Source of the DNA: an uncultured delta proteobacterium
Lineage (GTDB): Bacteria > Desulfobacterota > Desulfuromonadia > Desulfuromonadales > BM103
Length of the DNA: 64,000 nt
NCBI GenBank assembly: GCA_963715335.1
Contig: CAVQRZ010000005.1
Coordinates: forward strand, 128,001 to 192,000
Reading direction: 5' to 3'
Positions within the stretch are counted from its first letter, which is position 1. Each line of letters begins with the position of its first letter. A model generated the notes under the pieces. That model was given only the letters and a program-made list of their open reading frames with translations, was not told the origin of the DNA and ran no database searches. Of the stretch, positions 41,100-51,775 are shown in pieces. The translations under genes were made by a program, and so were the position numbers.

Positions 41100-43181
41100 A
41101 TGTTTTCGAGACTCATTGCCCTGTTCTTTTCAATCACGCTCATTTTCTGTTCATCACCGCTCTTCGCTGCAGAGCCGATCATGCTCGAAGAAATTGTCGT
41201 CAAGGGAGCAGAACTCCCCTCAAATGAAGAGACCTTGACGATTCGCGAGGTGCGCGAGAGCCCGGCACGCGACATCGGAGAAGCGGTCGAAATGCTCCCG
41301 GGCCTGTTCGCCCTGCGCAAGGGCGCGATTGCCAACGACATCGTACTGCGCGGCCAGCAGGGGGATGACATTAACGTGCTGATGGACGGGGTGCGCGTCC
41401 AGGGAGGATGTCCATCAAGGATGGACCCGCCGGCGTTCCATTTCGATTTTGCCGAAGTTGAGTCAATCGAAGTCGTAAAAGGTCCGTACGATCTGCGCTA
41501 TGCCGGCGGCATGGGGGGATTGGTCAATGCCGTCAGCAAGAGTCCCAAACCGGGGCTGCACCTGTCTGCAGTCGCAACTTACGGTTCCTACGAGCAGGTG
41601 CAAACCTCGGTGACCGGATCCTATGCCACCGACAGCTCCTCCGTGCTGGCGGGATACGCCTACAAATACTCACTGCCGCCTAAGTCCGGCGACGGCAAGC
41701 GGATCACCGATATCTATCCGGCGACCAGCCCGAACCGTTATCGTGACAGCAAGCTGGATTCCAGGGCCTATGACATCAATACCGCCTGGGTCAAAGGTGG
41801 TTACCAGCTGACCGGTAAAACCCGAACCGAACTCGGCTTCGCCTACCAGGATGCCGACCATGTCCTCTACCCGGCCCTGTACATGGACGCCGAATATGAC
41901 CGGACCAAGCGCCTCAACTGGACGACCACGGTCGATTCCCCTGCAGAGCTTATCGACGAGATCAAGCTCCAGCTCTACTGGACCGATGTCGAGCATCTGA
42001 TGCACGACGAATTCCGCGTAAGCTCCACGAGACCGATGGTCACCAGGGATTATATGATGGAAACCGACGCCGACACCACCATCGTCGGCGGCAACCTGAG
42101 CGGTGCCGCAGCCGTAGGCCCCGGGCAGTTGAACGGTGGCCTCGACCTCTTCTATCGCAACTGGGACGCCACCAACCGGAGTGCCATGTACATGGGCTAC
42201 GCAGCGCAGCCGATGATTCCCGATGTCGACGAGAACCAGGTCGGTTTGTTCACTGAGTATACCTGGCCGGTCACGGATCAGGTCAAAGTCAAGGGCGGCC
42301 TGCGCCTCGACTACGCCGACGCCGATGCAACCAAGCTCGACAGCAACCGGCTCAACACCCTTTACCAGCCATACTTTGCCGGTGAGAAGCTCCATGCAGA
42401 CAACGACTTTTTCGAGCCATCGGCCAACCTGCAGCTCTTCTGGCAAGCCACGCAAGGGATCGAACTCTTCGCCGGCCTGGCTTCCGCCAGCCGCATGCCG
42501 GACCCCCAGGAGCTCTACATCGGCCTGCCGCGGATGGCACCGTCAACCAACTGGATCGGCAACCCGGCCCTTGATCCACCGCGCAACAACCAGGCCGACC
42601 TCGGTATCAAGTTCACCGGGGAGACGTTCTTCGTTAACAGCTCAATCTTCTACAGCCGGATCGACGACTACATCAATATCGCCAATCTTGCTGACCCGGA
42701 TGGCCTGGGCATGCTGCCGGCAGCCAAAAGCTATCAGAATATCGATGCCAGGCTCTGGGGCGGTGAACTGTCCTCACAGGTCTCGCTGCCACTCGACCTC
42801 TACCTGATGGGGAATCTTTCCTACACCGAGGGGGAGAATCTCGATACCGATGAGCCTCTTGCCGAAATCCCACCCCTGAGCGGTTCGATCGGCCTGCGCT
42901 ATGACAACGGCACGTGGTTCGCTGAAATTCAGGAAAAATTTGCCGCCAAGCAGGATCGCGTCGACGACGACCTCAACGAGGAAGAAACCAGCGGCTGGGG
43001 GATCACCGATCTCAAGGCCGGGGCCAACCTTGATCGCTGGTCGGTGATTGCCGGCGTCAACAACCTGTTCGACAAGTTCTACTACACGCACCTTTCCTAC
43101 CAGCGCGATCCGTTTCGGACCGGCGCAAGAGTACCGGAGACAGGAGCTTTTGCCTTCGTGACGGTCATGTACAAATACTGA
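41100..43181 (+). CDS. TonB-dependent receptor, OprC/NosA-like
   Basis: Signal peptide, plug GGCPSRMDPP (CxxxM) and VEHLM (HxM), NLFDKFY near C-terminus. Confidence 0.82.
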   Translation: MFSRLIALFFSITLIFCSSPLFAAEPIMLEEIVVKGAELPSNEETLTIREVRESPARDIGEAVEMLPGLFALRKGAIANDIVLRGQQGDDINVLMDGVRVQGGCPSRMDPPAFHFDFAEVESIEVVKGPYDLRYAGGMGGLVNAVSKSPKPGLHLSAVATYGSYEQVQTSVTGSYATDSSSVLAGYAYKYSLPPKSGDGKRITDIYPATSPNRYRDSKLDSRAYDINTAWVKGGYQLTGKTRTELGFAYQDADHVLYPALYMDAEYDRTKRLNWTTTVDSPAELIDEIKLQLYWTDVEHLMHDEFRVSSTRPMVTRDYMMETDADTTIVGGNLSGAAAVGPGQLNGGLDLFYRNWDATNRSAMYMGYAAQPMIPDVDENQVGLFTEYTWPVTDQVKVKGGLRLDYADADATKLDSNRLNTLYQPYFAGEKLHADNDFFEPSANLQLFWQATQGIELFAGLASASRMPDPQELYIGLPRMAPSTNWIGNPALDPPRNNQADLGIKFTGETFFVNSSIFYSRIDDYINIANLADPDGLGMLPAAKSYQNIDARLWGGELSSQVSLPLDLYLMGNLSYTEGENLDTDEPLAEIPPLSGSIGLRYDNGTWFAEIQEKFAAKQDRVDDDLNEEETSGWGITDLKAGANLDRWSVIAGVNNLFDKFYYTHLSYQRDPFRTGARVPETGAFAFVTVMYKY

Positions 43182-43183
43182 GC

Positions 43184-43960
43184 ATGCCTTTCGCAACCAG
43201 GCACCGGGCAGCATTTCCCTCCCAGGAGGAACTCTGGAAGCAACCGCTGCTGCTTTCGTTGATCATTCACGCCGCTTTGCTCTGGGTTGCTACAACGTGG
43301 TGGCAGAAGAGTTATCGGGAGTTCAAACAACCGCCGCAGGTTATCGAAGTGGAGGTCGTCGAACGTACCGTGCCGGCGCCGGTTGCTCCTTTGGTAGCAA
43401 GGCCGGAACCTGTGCGACCGGCGCCAAAAGTACGCCCCTCTGCACCTCCGGCTCAACCGCAACCGAAGGAAATGGCCGTCACCCCGCCAAGACGGCAAGC
43501 GCCGACACAACGACAGGCCCCGGCTGCTTCGCAAGCTGAGCCGGTCCAGGTTGTGCCGGTCTCGGCAACCGGAGAAATGGGCCAGCTTGACGAAAGACCG
43601 GCAGCACAGGACAACATGGCAACTAAGACAACGCTCGAGGCGAGCCCTGCGGTCAGCCTTGAGCAGACGATCGACATTGAAAAGGCCTACCAACAACAGC
43701 TCAAGGAACTGATCGAAAGATACAAGCAGTATCCTCTGCTCGCCCGCAAGGGAAGGCAGCAGGGGCCGGTCTTGGTCGAGTTTAGCCTACGTAAGACGGG
43801 AGAGGTGGGCTCGGTTCAGGTGACACAATCATCAGGACATCGCCTGCTCGACCGTGCCGCACTCCAGGCTGTCAGGTCCGTAGACAAGTTCCCCGCCTTA
43901 CCTGAAGGGTTACCTGAAGACACAAAATTCCGGATCTCCATCAACTTTTCTCTCGAGTGA
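43184..43960 (+). CDS. tonB: TonB energy transducer
   Basis: SLIIH TM, Pro-rich linker, YPLLARKGRQQG...SSGHRLLDRAA. Confidence 0.9.
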   Translation: MPFATRHRAAFPSQEELWKQPLLLSLIIHAALLWVATTWWQKSYREFKQPPQVIEVEVVERTVPAPVAPLVARPEPVRPAPKVRPSAPPAQPQPKEMAVTPPRRQAPTQRQAPAASQAEPVQVVPVSATGEMGQLDERPAAQDNMATKTTLEASPAVSLEQTIDIEKAYQQQLKELIERYKQYPLLARKGRQQGPVLVEFSLRKTGEVGSVQVTQSSGHRLLDRAALQAVRSVDKFPALPEGLPEDTKFRISINFSLE

Positions 43961-43998
43961 ACGGCCTTGCCAACCAAATCGGCAGGCCTTGTCATGTC

Positions 43999-44736
43999 CT
44001 AAAGTAAAAACATCTTCCCCCCGGCCATCACCAGCATCAACGACATCGCCTTGAGAATGGTTGCCACCGGCAGGTGACGGCTGCCACAGAGCGCGCCGAT
44101 TGTGCCGCCGAGCAGCGCAGCCCCTGCAAGCAGCGGCGCAAACTCGGGGACGTGCTGCAGGCTGCTCATATGGCCAAGCAGGCCGGAGATCGAGTTGACC
44201 AGGATAAAGAGGGCTGCAATTCCAGAGACTTCACGAACCCTGGCCCAGCGCAGCAAAATCATCAAGGGGCTGAGAAAGATCCCGCCACCCACGCCGATCA
44301 TGCCGGAGGCGAAACCGAGCACGCCCCCGACTACCATGGCCAAAGGAATATTGGGCGCCTTGGCATCGTAATCATCTTGCTTGCGGCGGGCGAACAGGCG
44401 CCACGCGGCAAACAACAGTACTACGCCGAGTGCCGGGCGATAGAGTTCCGGCGGCAGGCTGAAGGTTCCGCCGAGGAAACTAGCCGGAATCGAGGTGATC
44501 ACGAAGGGCCAGAAGATCCGCCACGAGAACTGCCTGGCACTGCAGTAGAGATAGGTTCCAACCCCGGCGACGACGATATTGAGCAGCAAGGCTGTCGGCT
44601 TGAGCGCCTCCGGATGCAAACTGAACAGCGCCATTACCGCCAGGTAGCCTGAGGCCCCGCCATGACCGACACTGGCGTACATCATGGCTACGATGAAGAT
44701 GCAAACGGCCAGAAAGGGGAGAAGTTCTGGACTCAT
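43999..44736 (-). CDS. TauE/SafE (TSUP) family transporter
   Basis: VGHGGASG and SGMIGVGGGIFLSP repeats, about 8 TM segments. Confidence 0.88.
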   Translation of the reverse strand: MSPELLPFLAVCIFIVAMMYASVGHGGASGYLAVMALFSLHPEALKPTALLLNIVVAGVGTYLYCSARQFSWRIFWPFVITSIPASFLGGTFSLPPELYRPALGVVLLFAAWRLFARRKQDDYDAKAPNIPLAMVVGGVLGFASGMIGVGGGIFLSPLMILLRWARVREVSGIAALFILVNSISGLLGHMSSLQHVPEFAPLLAGAALLGGTIGALCGSRHLPVATILKAMSLMLVMAGGKMFLL

Positions 44737-44772
44737 GATATGCCTCCTGAAGTCGGCAGCTTATAGTTGCGG

Positions 44773-45639
44773 TTAGGCGCTGAGTGCTTCCAGGTCAATA
44801 TCCTGCCCGACGACACCTGCCGCATCGGCCCGGCACTGCTTGCAATGCCTGGCCTGGGAGAGGATCAGTTCTGCCTGGTTGCGCAACATCTCCATGGTTG
44901 CGACGGACGGTGGTTCGATATCCCTGAAGAGGCCGATCGGGATCACCGGGATGATGTTCATCATTTCGGCACCCAGCTCGCGGACTTTCACTGCAAGGTC
45001 GAGCGTTTCATGATCGTTGATGCCGGGGATGTAGACATGGTTGACCTTGACCATCATGCCGGCAGCAGCGGCATATCGGACACCGTCGAGCTGACGCTTG
45101 AGCAGCACAGAAGCGCCTTCTTCGCCATAAAGACGCTGGCCATGAAAATTGACCCACTCATAAACCTTGGCCCCGGTTTTCGCAGCCAGTGCATTGATCG
45201 TGACGGTAACGCTATGCACGCCCAGTCTCTGTAGCTTATCGAGATGTTCGGTCAACAGCAGGCCGTTGGTCGAAAGACACAGGGTCATCTCCGGGAACGC
45301 TTGCTTGATAAGTTTGAACGTCTCAAAGGTCTTCGGGTTGGCCAGCGGATCACCTGGGCCGGCGATACCGACGACCTTGAGCCGGGCGCCACCGTTCATT
45401 TCCATGTGGCGCTTGACAATCCGCACCCGTTCAATCGCCTGTTCGGGATTCAGAACCTTGCTGGTCACACCGGGACGGCTTTCATTGGCACAATCAAATT
45501 TTCTCTCGCAGAACCCGCACTTGATATTACAGCCCGGGGCAACCGGCAGGTGAATCCTGCCAGACTTGCTATGGTCTCCGCCAAAACAGGGGTGATCGGT
45601 CTGGCGCTGCATCTTCATCATCGGGCATCCGGTAGCCAT
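44773..45639 (-). CDS. nifB: NifB radical SAM, lacking NifX-like C-terminal domain
   Basis: HPCF, CNIKCGFC, ESRPG, AGPGDPL, TNG, CKQCRADA. Confidence 0.95.
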   Translation of the reverse strand: MATGCPMMKMQRQTDHPCFGGDHSKSGRIHLPVAPGCNIKCGFCERKFDCANESRPGVTSKVLNPEQAIERVRIVKRHMEMNGGARLKVVGIAGPGDPLANPKTFETFKLIKQAFPEMTLCLSTNGLLLTEHLDKLQRLGVHSVTVTINALAAKTGAKVYEWVNFHGQRLYGEEGASVLLKRQLDGVRYAAAAGMMVKVNHVYIPGINDHETLDLAVKVRELGAEMMNIIPVIPIGLFRDIEPPSVATMEMLRNQAELILSQARHCKQCRADAAGVVGQDIDLEALSA

Positions 45640-45655
45640 GATGGTTCTCCTTGCT

Positions 45656-45718
45656 TTCAAGAATTCAGTATCCAGAATTCAGAATGAGAAATTCTACTGG
45701 CTACTGAATTCTGGATTC
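45656..45718. repeat. Heptamer-repeat hairpin (TTCAGAA type)
   Basis: TTCAGTA TCCAGAA TTCAGAA ... TGGCTAC TGAATTC TGGATTC. Confidence 0.7.
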
Positions 45719-45770
45719 CCGTTTTTTATTGGATGAGTCCACGCCTCTGCGTGAAACATTCTTTAAATAT

Positions 45771-45840
45771 AAAAACCCCGCGAAAACGTACTTCGCGAGG
45801 CGTCTTTGCCTTTTTCAGATGCGATACGACCCTGTATCGC
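45771..45840 (-). promoter_or_regulatory. ANTAR dual-hairpin attenuator, nifB leader
   Basis: GCGATAC-AGGGTC-GTATCGC and GGC-AAAGAC-GCC overlapping terminator CCTCGCGAA...TTCGCGGGGTTTTT. Confidence 0.82.
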
Positions 45841-45940
45841 CGGGTTTTTTTAAAAGTTGGCAGGGGAGGCCTTTCGGCACCTCCCCTGCCCATGCCTTAG
45901 GCTATTGCATCTCTGGAAAAGGCATAAACTGACCGAATCG

Positions 45941-46010
45941 TAAGGCGCAAAACGCGAGGGGCAACAAATTAAATGCTTCTCTCATTTCGCACCCCGCACT
46001 TTGCGCCTTA
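45941..46010. repeat. Heptamer-repeat hairpin
   Basis: Perfect ends TAAGGCGCAA/TTGCGCCTTA with degenerate TTCGCAC-type units. Confidence 0.65.
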
Positions 46011-46011
46011 G

Positions 46012-46386
46012 TTATTTGTGTTCGCATTTCTCCGTGTTGCCTGCACATTTACCGTCACACACCGCGTCATGCGCCATCTTCAGGGCCGGCTCGATCGGGC
46101 CTTCCACGCTGATGACCTTGAAACCAAGTTTTTCCAGTTCCTGTCTGGGCAACTCGCCGATCATGGCAGTCACAACCGCCTTGCAATCTTTGAGAGCTTC
46201 AGCAATGCCGTCAAACTGCACGTGCCGGAACGGGTGTTCCAGGTCGAAAGTGCAATACTTGTCGACCTTGACCTCATCCACCTGGACCGGGTTCCCCTTG
46301 CGGTATTTGAAGATACGGAACTTTTCAGCATGGCCGAAGTGCTGGTCGACTTCGGTTCCTGTTCTAGAGGCGACTGCGATAAGCAT
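46012..46386 (-). CDS. Stand-alone NifB/NifX-family cofactor-binding protein
   Basis: IAVAS...VDQHFGHAEKF, DCKAVVTAMIG. Confidence 0.85.
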   Translation of the reverse strand: MLIAVASRTGTEVDQHFGHAEKFRIFKYRKGNPVQVDEVKVDKYCTFDLEHPFRHVQFDGIAEALKDCKAVVTAMIGELPRQELEKLGFKVISVEGPIEPALKMAHDAVCDGKCAGNTEKCEHK

Positions 46387-46405
46387 AATTTACTCCGCAA
46401 ATTAT

Positions 46406-46476
46406 GCGGTCGCTGGCAGCTTGAGGCTGGTGGCTGGAAAAATACCAGCCACTAGCCCCCAGTCCCCAGTCCCCGC
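46406..46476. repeat. Heptamer-repeat hairpin (CCAGYCC type)
   Basis: TCGCTGG CAGCTTG AGGCTGG TGGCTGG ... CCAGCCA CTAGCCC CCAGTCC CCAGTCC. Confidence 0.7.
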
Positions 46477-46479
46477 TTT

Positions 46480-46749
46480 TCAGATTTCCATAGTTTTGAA
46501 AGTAAAGCACTTCTTCGGGCAGGCGACGCCGCAGCCGGCGCAACCGATACAGTTGTCCTGGTTGACAATCATCATGATCATGCGGGTCGAATCTGTCTCC
46601 TCGTCGACCAGGTCCTGCGGTCCGAGCACCTTGCGGGCACAGGACTTGAAGCAGCGTCCGCAACCGATGCACTTCTCATTGTCGATAGCCATGGCGAAGG
46701 TCGGCGTCCACTCCGCTCCGCCGTATGTTACTCCTGTTAGTAAAGCCAT
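46480..46749 (-). CDS. fdxB: nif-specific 2x[4Fe-4S] ferredoxin III
   Basis: WTPTF, CIGCGRCFKSC, CIGCAGCGVACP. Confidence 0.85.
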   Translation of the reverse strand: MALLTGVTYGGAEWTPTFAMAIDNEKCIGCGRCFKSCARKVLGPQDLVDEETDSTRMIMMIVNQDNCIGCAGCGVACPKKCFTFKTMEI

Positions 46750-46802
46750 TTTTCATCTCCTCACGCTATTATTGAACTACCAAACTTGCTTTAATAATCT
46801 GG

Positions 46803-46861
46803 GAAGTGCGAGGTGAGAGAAGCGAAAAAGCCTTTTCTCACTTCGCGCTTCGCGTCTCACG
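46803..46861. repeat. Heptamer-repeat hairpin
   Basis: GAAGTGC GAGGTGA GAGAAGC ... TCTCAC TTCGCGC TTCGCGT CTCACG. Confidence 0.7.
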
Positions 46862-47237
46862 AAAGTCTTTCACCCTTCAACATCGCCTTGCGCAACCATG
46901 GTGGGGGATTCCCTTTGAGCACTTCCTGGAGCTTCTCGACCACCACGGCTATCGGTTCCCGCTCCTTGCTTTTGATCGGGTGGATTTTCTTTGCTACCAG
47001 GCGGGCGGCCGCCGGGCCGCCAATCTCGCCGACATAAACCAGGGCACAGTCCGCCAGCGCCGCACCGCGGGCCTCGATCTTGTCGTCGCTGTGCCCCGGC
47101 GCATCCTCAGACAGCACCTGGACCACGCCGCTGAAAGCAGCATCCTCCGGCCCGATATCCCAGATGTAAAACTCCTCGGCCTGGCCGAAATGCTCATCAA
47201 CGTGCACCTTGTCAGTGCTGGCGAATGCGACTTTCAT
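46857..47237 (-). CDS. nifX: NifX
   Basis: MKVAFAS, VDEHFG, DDKIEAR, IGGPAAARLV, PPPWLRKAM. Confidence 0.92.
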   Translation of the reverse strand: MKVAFASTDKVHVDEHFGQAEEFYIWDIGPEDAAFSGVVQVLSEDAPGHSDDKIEARGAALADCALVYVGEIGGPAAARLVAKKIHPIKSKEREPIAVVVEKLQEVLKGNPPPWLRKAMLKGERLS

Positions 47238-47301
47238 GCTCAATCCTTTTTTCGGGTTACCGACTATTTCCAGTCGTCTGGTTCGAATCATTATTTACAT
47301 C

Positions 47302-47446
47302 CTGATTTGGGATCGGGAGCGAGCAATTTTGTGCAAGGTCAAGGAAGCCAAGCAAGCGCGCGGAGGCGTAGTGCTTTACGCCGCACAAGTGCTTGTGCAG
47401 GCTGACGCAGAGATTGTGCAAAAGGGCCGCTCCCGGCCAAAATCAG
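47302..47446. repeat. Long palindromic intergenic element
   Basis: CGGGAGCG/CGCTCCCG outer stem, central GGCGTA-GTGCTT-TACGCC hairpin. Confidence 0.65.
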
Positions 47447-48906
47447 CGCATCATCTCAAACCACTGGTCTTCACAAGTCTCATCCTTGATATCGAGGTAC
47501 TTGTTGGCGATCATGGTCAGCATGTTGATAGCGCCGTTGTAACCGATCACCGGGGAACGGTGCAGGTTGACCCGGTCGATGATCGGGAAACCGATGCGGA
47601 AGAGCGGGATCCCTGCATCGCGGGCGGCCCACTTGGCGTGTGTGTCACCGATGATGCCGTCGACCGGATCGGTGACCAGCAGGCTGCGCATGTGCCAGAG
47701 GTCTTTGTTGATGTAGCATGTGCAACCTTCACCGAAGGGCGAGGAGGCGAGCAGCGCATCCATCTCTTTCTGGAATTTCTTGGTCGCCCGCGAACAGAGC
47801 ACGTGCCAGGGGCGTGCGCCCATCTCGAGCAGGAAGGAGACAATGCCGAGCAGGTAGTCGGGGTCGCCGGCCACGGCAAACTTGCGGCCGTGCAGGTACT
47901 GGTGAGCATCGGTCATGGCGTCGACTGCCAGGGCACGCTCTTTTTTCAGCGCCTCGGGGACCGGCTTGTCGAACATCTCGGAGAGCTTCAGGATCAACTC
48001 ATCGGTCTTCTTCACCCCGAACGGCATCGGCAGAATTGCCTTTGCGCCGGTGAATTCGGATTCTATCCACTTCATGGTATTGACGGTCGAGTACTTCTGA
48101 AAAGAGATGGTGGCCTTGCCGTTGACCGACTCGGCGGCGGCTTCAATCTTGGTGCCGCCGGGATAGAGCTTGTACTCGCCGTCACAGCCTGAGTCGAAAA
48201 CATCGGAGACGTCGGCAAGCATGGTGTAGGGGATCCCCATCAGTTCGCAGATGCGCTTGTACTCGCGCAGGTTGCCGACGTTGCCGTCGAAACCGGGGAT
48301 GATGTTGAGCTTGCCGGTGCACTTGCCTGCGATGCTCTTCCCCTCAGTAAGAGTTTCGAGGATGCTCTTCAGCATCGCGTCGTAGCCATGGATGTGGGTG
48401 CCGTTGAAGCTCGGGGTGTTGGCGTAAGGGGTAGGCACTTCTTCCGGCAGATGACCCTGCAGCTTGGCATTCTTGATGAAGGCGGTCAGGTCGTCACCAA
48501 TAACCTCGGGCATACAGGTGGTATAGACCGGGATCATCTTCGGCTTGTACAGGGCGTAGGCGTTCTCGAGGCCCTCGAACAGGTTGTTCTGGCCGCCGAA
48601 CACCGCGCCGTCCTCAGTCATGGCGTCGCAGGTCGCGGCGGCCGGTTCACGATAATGACGGCTGAAGGTGCTGCGGAAATAAGAGGCACACCCCTGGGAA
48701 CCATGCACAAACGGCAGGGCACCTTCGAAACCTGTGGCCACCATCTGCGCACCAAGAGGCTGGCAGGCGTGGGCCGGGTTGACCACCAGGGCGGTCCGGT
48801 CAAAGTTCTTCTCTTTATATTCTTCGCTATTGATCCATTCCTTGACCCTGGCGATTTCTTCAATTGGGGTCTCGGTGACGAATTTTACTGCTGCTTCTGC
48901 GCTCAT
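47443..48906 (-). CDS. nifK: Nitrogenase MoFe protein beta chain
   Basis: NPAHACQPLGA, HGSQGC, TTCMPEVIGDD, TPSF, GFPIIDR; start ATG 48906 behind AGGAG. Confidence 0.97.
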   Translation of the reverse strand: MSAEAAVKFVTETPIEEIARVKEWINSEEYKEKNFDRTALVVNPAHACQPLGAQMVATGFEGALPFVHGSQGCASYFRSTFSRHYREPAAATCDAMTEDGAVFGGQNNLFEGLENAYALYKPKMIPVYTTCMPEVIGDDLTAFIKNAKLQGHLPEEVPTPYANTPSFNGTHIHGYDAMLKSILETLTEGKSIAGKCTGKLNIIPGFDGNVGNLREYKRICELMGIPYTMLADVSDVFDSGCDGEYKLYPGGTKIEAAAESVNGKATISFQKYSTVNTMKWIESEFTGAKAILPMPFGVKKTDELILKLSEMFDKPVPEALKKERALAVDAMTDAHQYLHGRKFAVAGDPDYLLGIVSFLLEMGARPWHVLCSRATKKFQKEMDALLASSPFGEGCTCYINKDLWHMRSLLVTDPVDGIIGDTHAKWAARDAGIPLFRIGFPIIDRVNLHRSPVIGYNGAINMLTMIANKYLDIKDETCEDQWFEMMR

Positions 48907-48921
48907 CGTTTCACTCCTTCG

Positions 48922-49043
48922 CGGAGGCGCGAGATGCGAGGTGAGAGGTGAGAAACCCCCAAACCAACCTTTTGCCTCCGAATCCGTTAACCAATCAACC
49001 TTAGATTGGTAATTGCTTTTGACTTTCGCGTCTCGCGCTTCCG
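48922..49043. repeat. Heptamer-repeat hairpin with long loop
   Basis: GAGGCGC GAGATGC GAGGTGA GAGGTGA ... TTTCGCG TCTCGCG CTTCCG. Confidence 0.7.
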
Positions 49044-49053
49044 TCAAATCCCC

Positions 49054-50496
49054 TTAGAAAGGCGACTTGACCAATCCCCAGGTCGGGCTGTTGATTGCCA
49101 TATCGATATCCCGGGCAAAGATCTTGAAGCCTTCGTAGCCATGGTACGGCCCGGAGTAGTCCCAGCTGTGCATCTGGCGGAACGGGATGCCGGCTTTCTG
49201 GAAGACGTACTTCTCCTTGATGCCGCTGCCGACCAGGTCGGGCTTGAGCTCTTCGACGAATTTCTCCAGCTCGAACTCGGAGACGTCGTCGTAGATCAGA
49301 GTGCCCTTGGCCATCTCCGGAGCAGTGCGGTCGTAGTCGTCCTGGTGGGCGAACTCATAGCCTGCACCGGTGATCTGAATACCGAGGTCTTCGTAAGCAC
49401 CGATAGTGTGGCGCGGACGCAGGCCGCCGACAAACAGCATGGCGGTTTTGCCATCGAGGCGCGGTTTGTACTCGTCGATCACCTCCTGCATGACCGGCTG
49501 GTACTTTTTGATCACTTTCTCGACGTTCTTCTTGATCTTGTCATCGAAACACCCGGCGATGGCACGCAGGCTCTCTTCGATCTTGGTCGGGCCAAAGAAA
49601 TTGTACTCGAGCCAGGGGATCCCCCACTTCTCTTCCATCACCTTGCACATGTAGTTCATCGAACGGTAGCAGTGGATCAGGTTGAGCTTAACCGAGTGCG
49701 TGGCACCGATCTTTTCCACTTCGCCGTCACCGGTCCAGACCGACTTGACGTTGAGGCCGATTTCTTCGAGGATCGGCTTGGCAGCCCAGACGTCGCCGCC
49801 GATGTTATAGTCGCCGATCAGGGCAACGTCGTAGGGGCCGGCCTCTTCTTCAAACTTGAACTTGCCGATGATGTGGTCGCGGATCGAGTCGTTGGAGATA
49901 TGATGGCCGAGTGATTGGGAGACCCCGCGGAAGCCTTCGCAGTTGCAGGGCACGACCAGCTTGTCGAGTTCATTCTCCATTTTCTTGGCGACGGCGTTGA
50001 TATCATCGCCGATCAGGCCGACCGGACACTCGGAGAGAATCGACATCCCCTTGTTGAGCGGAAACAGCTCGTCGGCTTCACGCAGCAGCTTCTCGAGCTT
50101 GATGTCACCGCCGTAGACGATGTCGCGCTCCTGGAAGTCGGAGGTGAAATCCATCGGGAAGGAGGTAACGCCGGGGATCCCCTGCATCAGGTTGCGCCGG
50201 GTCCCCCAGCTGTAGACGCCACAGCCGATCGGGCCATGAGAAACATGGACCATGTCGCGGATCGGACCCCAGACAACACCCTTGGCGCCGGCGTAGGCAC
50301 AGCCGCGCTGGCTCATCACGCCGGGGACCACCTTCTTGTTCGATTTAACCGCACAGTTCGACACGGTCGGTTCATTGGCGCCGAGATGCGGCGCGCGTTT
50401 CTTCGCCGTTTTTTCCGGCATCTCCGCCAGGGTTTCAGCGATCAATTTCTCGGTTTTCTCTATTGTGACGCCCTTGATGGGCTTTCTTTCAGCCAT
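49054..50496 (-). CDS. nifD: Nitrogenase MoFe protein alpha chain
   Basis: [46 protein letters not shown]. Confidence 0.98.
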   Translation of the reverse strand: MAERKPIKGVTIEKTEKLIAETLAEMPEKTAKKRAPHLGANEPTVSNCAVKSNKKVVPGVMSQRGCAYAGAKGVVWGPIRDMVHVSHGPIGCGVYSWGTRRNLMQGIPGVTSFPMDFTSDFQERDIVYGGDIKLEKLLREADELFPLNKGMSILSECPVGLIGDDINAVAKKMENELDKLVVPCNCEGFRGVSQSLGHHISNDSIRDHIIGKFKFEEEAGPYDVALIGDYNIGGDVWAAKPILEEIGLNVKSVWTGDGEVEKIGATHSVKLNLIHCYRSMNYMCKVMEEKWGIPWLEYNFFGPTKIEESLRAIAGCFDDKIKKNVEKVIKKYQPVMQEVIDEYKPRLDGKTAMLFVGGLRPRHTIGAYEDLGIQITGAGYEFAHQDDYDRTAPEMAKGTLIYDDVSEFELEKFVEELKPDLVGSGIKEKYVFQKAGIPFRQMHSWDYSGPYHGYEGFKIFARDIDMAINSPTWGLVKSPF

Positions 50497-50514
50497 TTAT
50501 GATCTCCTTTATCG

Positions 50515-50585
50515 GAGGTGCGAGATGCGAATTGAGAGGTGCGATAAGGCTTTTTTGCACTTCGCGTTTCGCGCTTCGCACTTCG
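50515..50585. repeat. Heptamer-repeat hairpin
   Basis: GAGGTGC GAGATGC GAATTGA GAGGTGC ... TTCGCGT TTCGCGC TTCGCAC. Confidence 0.75.
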
Positions 50586-50589
50586 TCAA

Positions 50590-51516
<927 letters not shown>

Positions 51517-51582
51517 TTACGTGCTCCCATCTTCAGCCGTGGCGGCATCGCCCTTGATACGTACGACTTAGAATACAAAACA

Positions 51583-51744
51583 CAAAATACAGAACGCCCT
51601 ACCCGGACAATCCGGATAGGGCGCCAGTGCCCGACGGCGCAATCATTGTGCCGCGAATATACCTATAAAATGGAAAAGCCCGCAAAAGAGACAATCATGT
51701 CTTTGCGGGCTTCATCGCCAAATGAGCAACACTACAGCGTGTCG
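51583..51744 (-). promoter_or_regulatory. Two tandem ANTAR-type attenuators in the nifH leader
   Basis: Terminators at 51674-51712 and 51594-51623, each overlapped by a GGC-N6-GCC hairpin. Confidence 0.72.
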
Positions 51745-51775
51745 AATGGTTCTGATTTTGAAGCAGGTGGATTTA

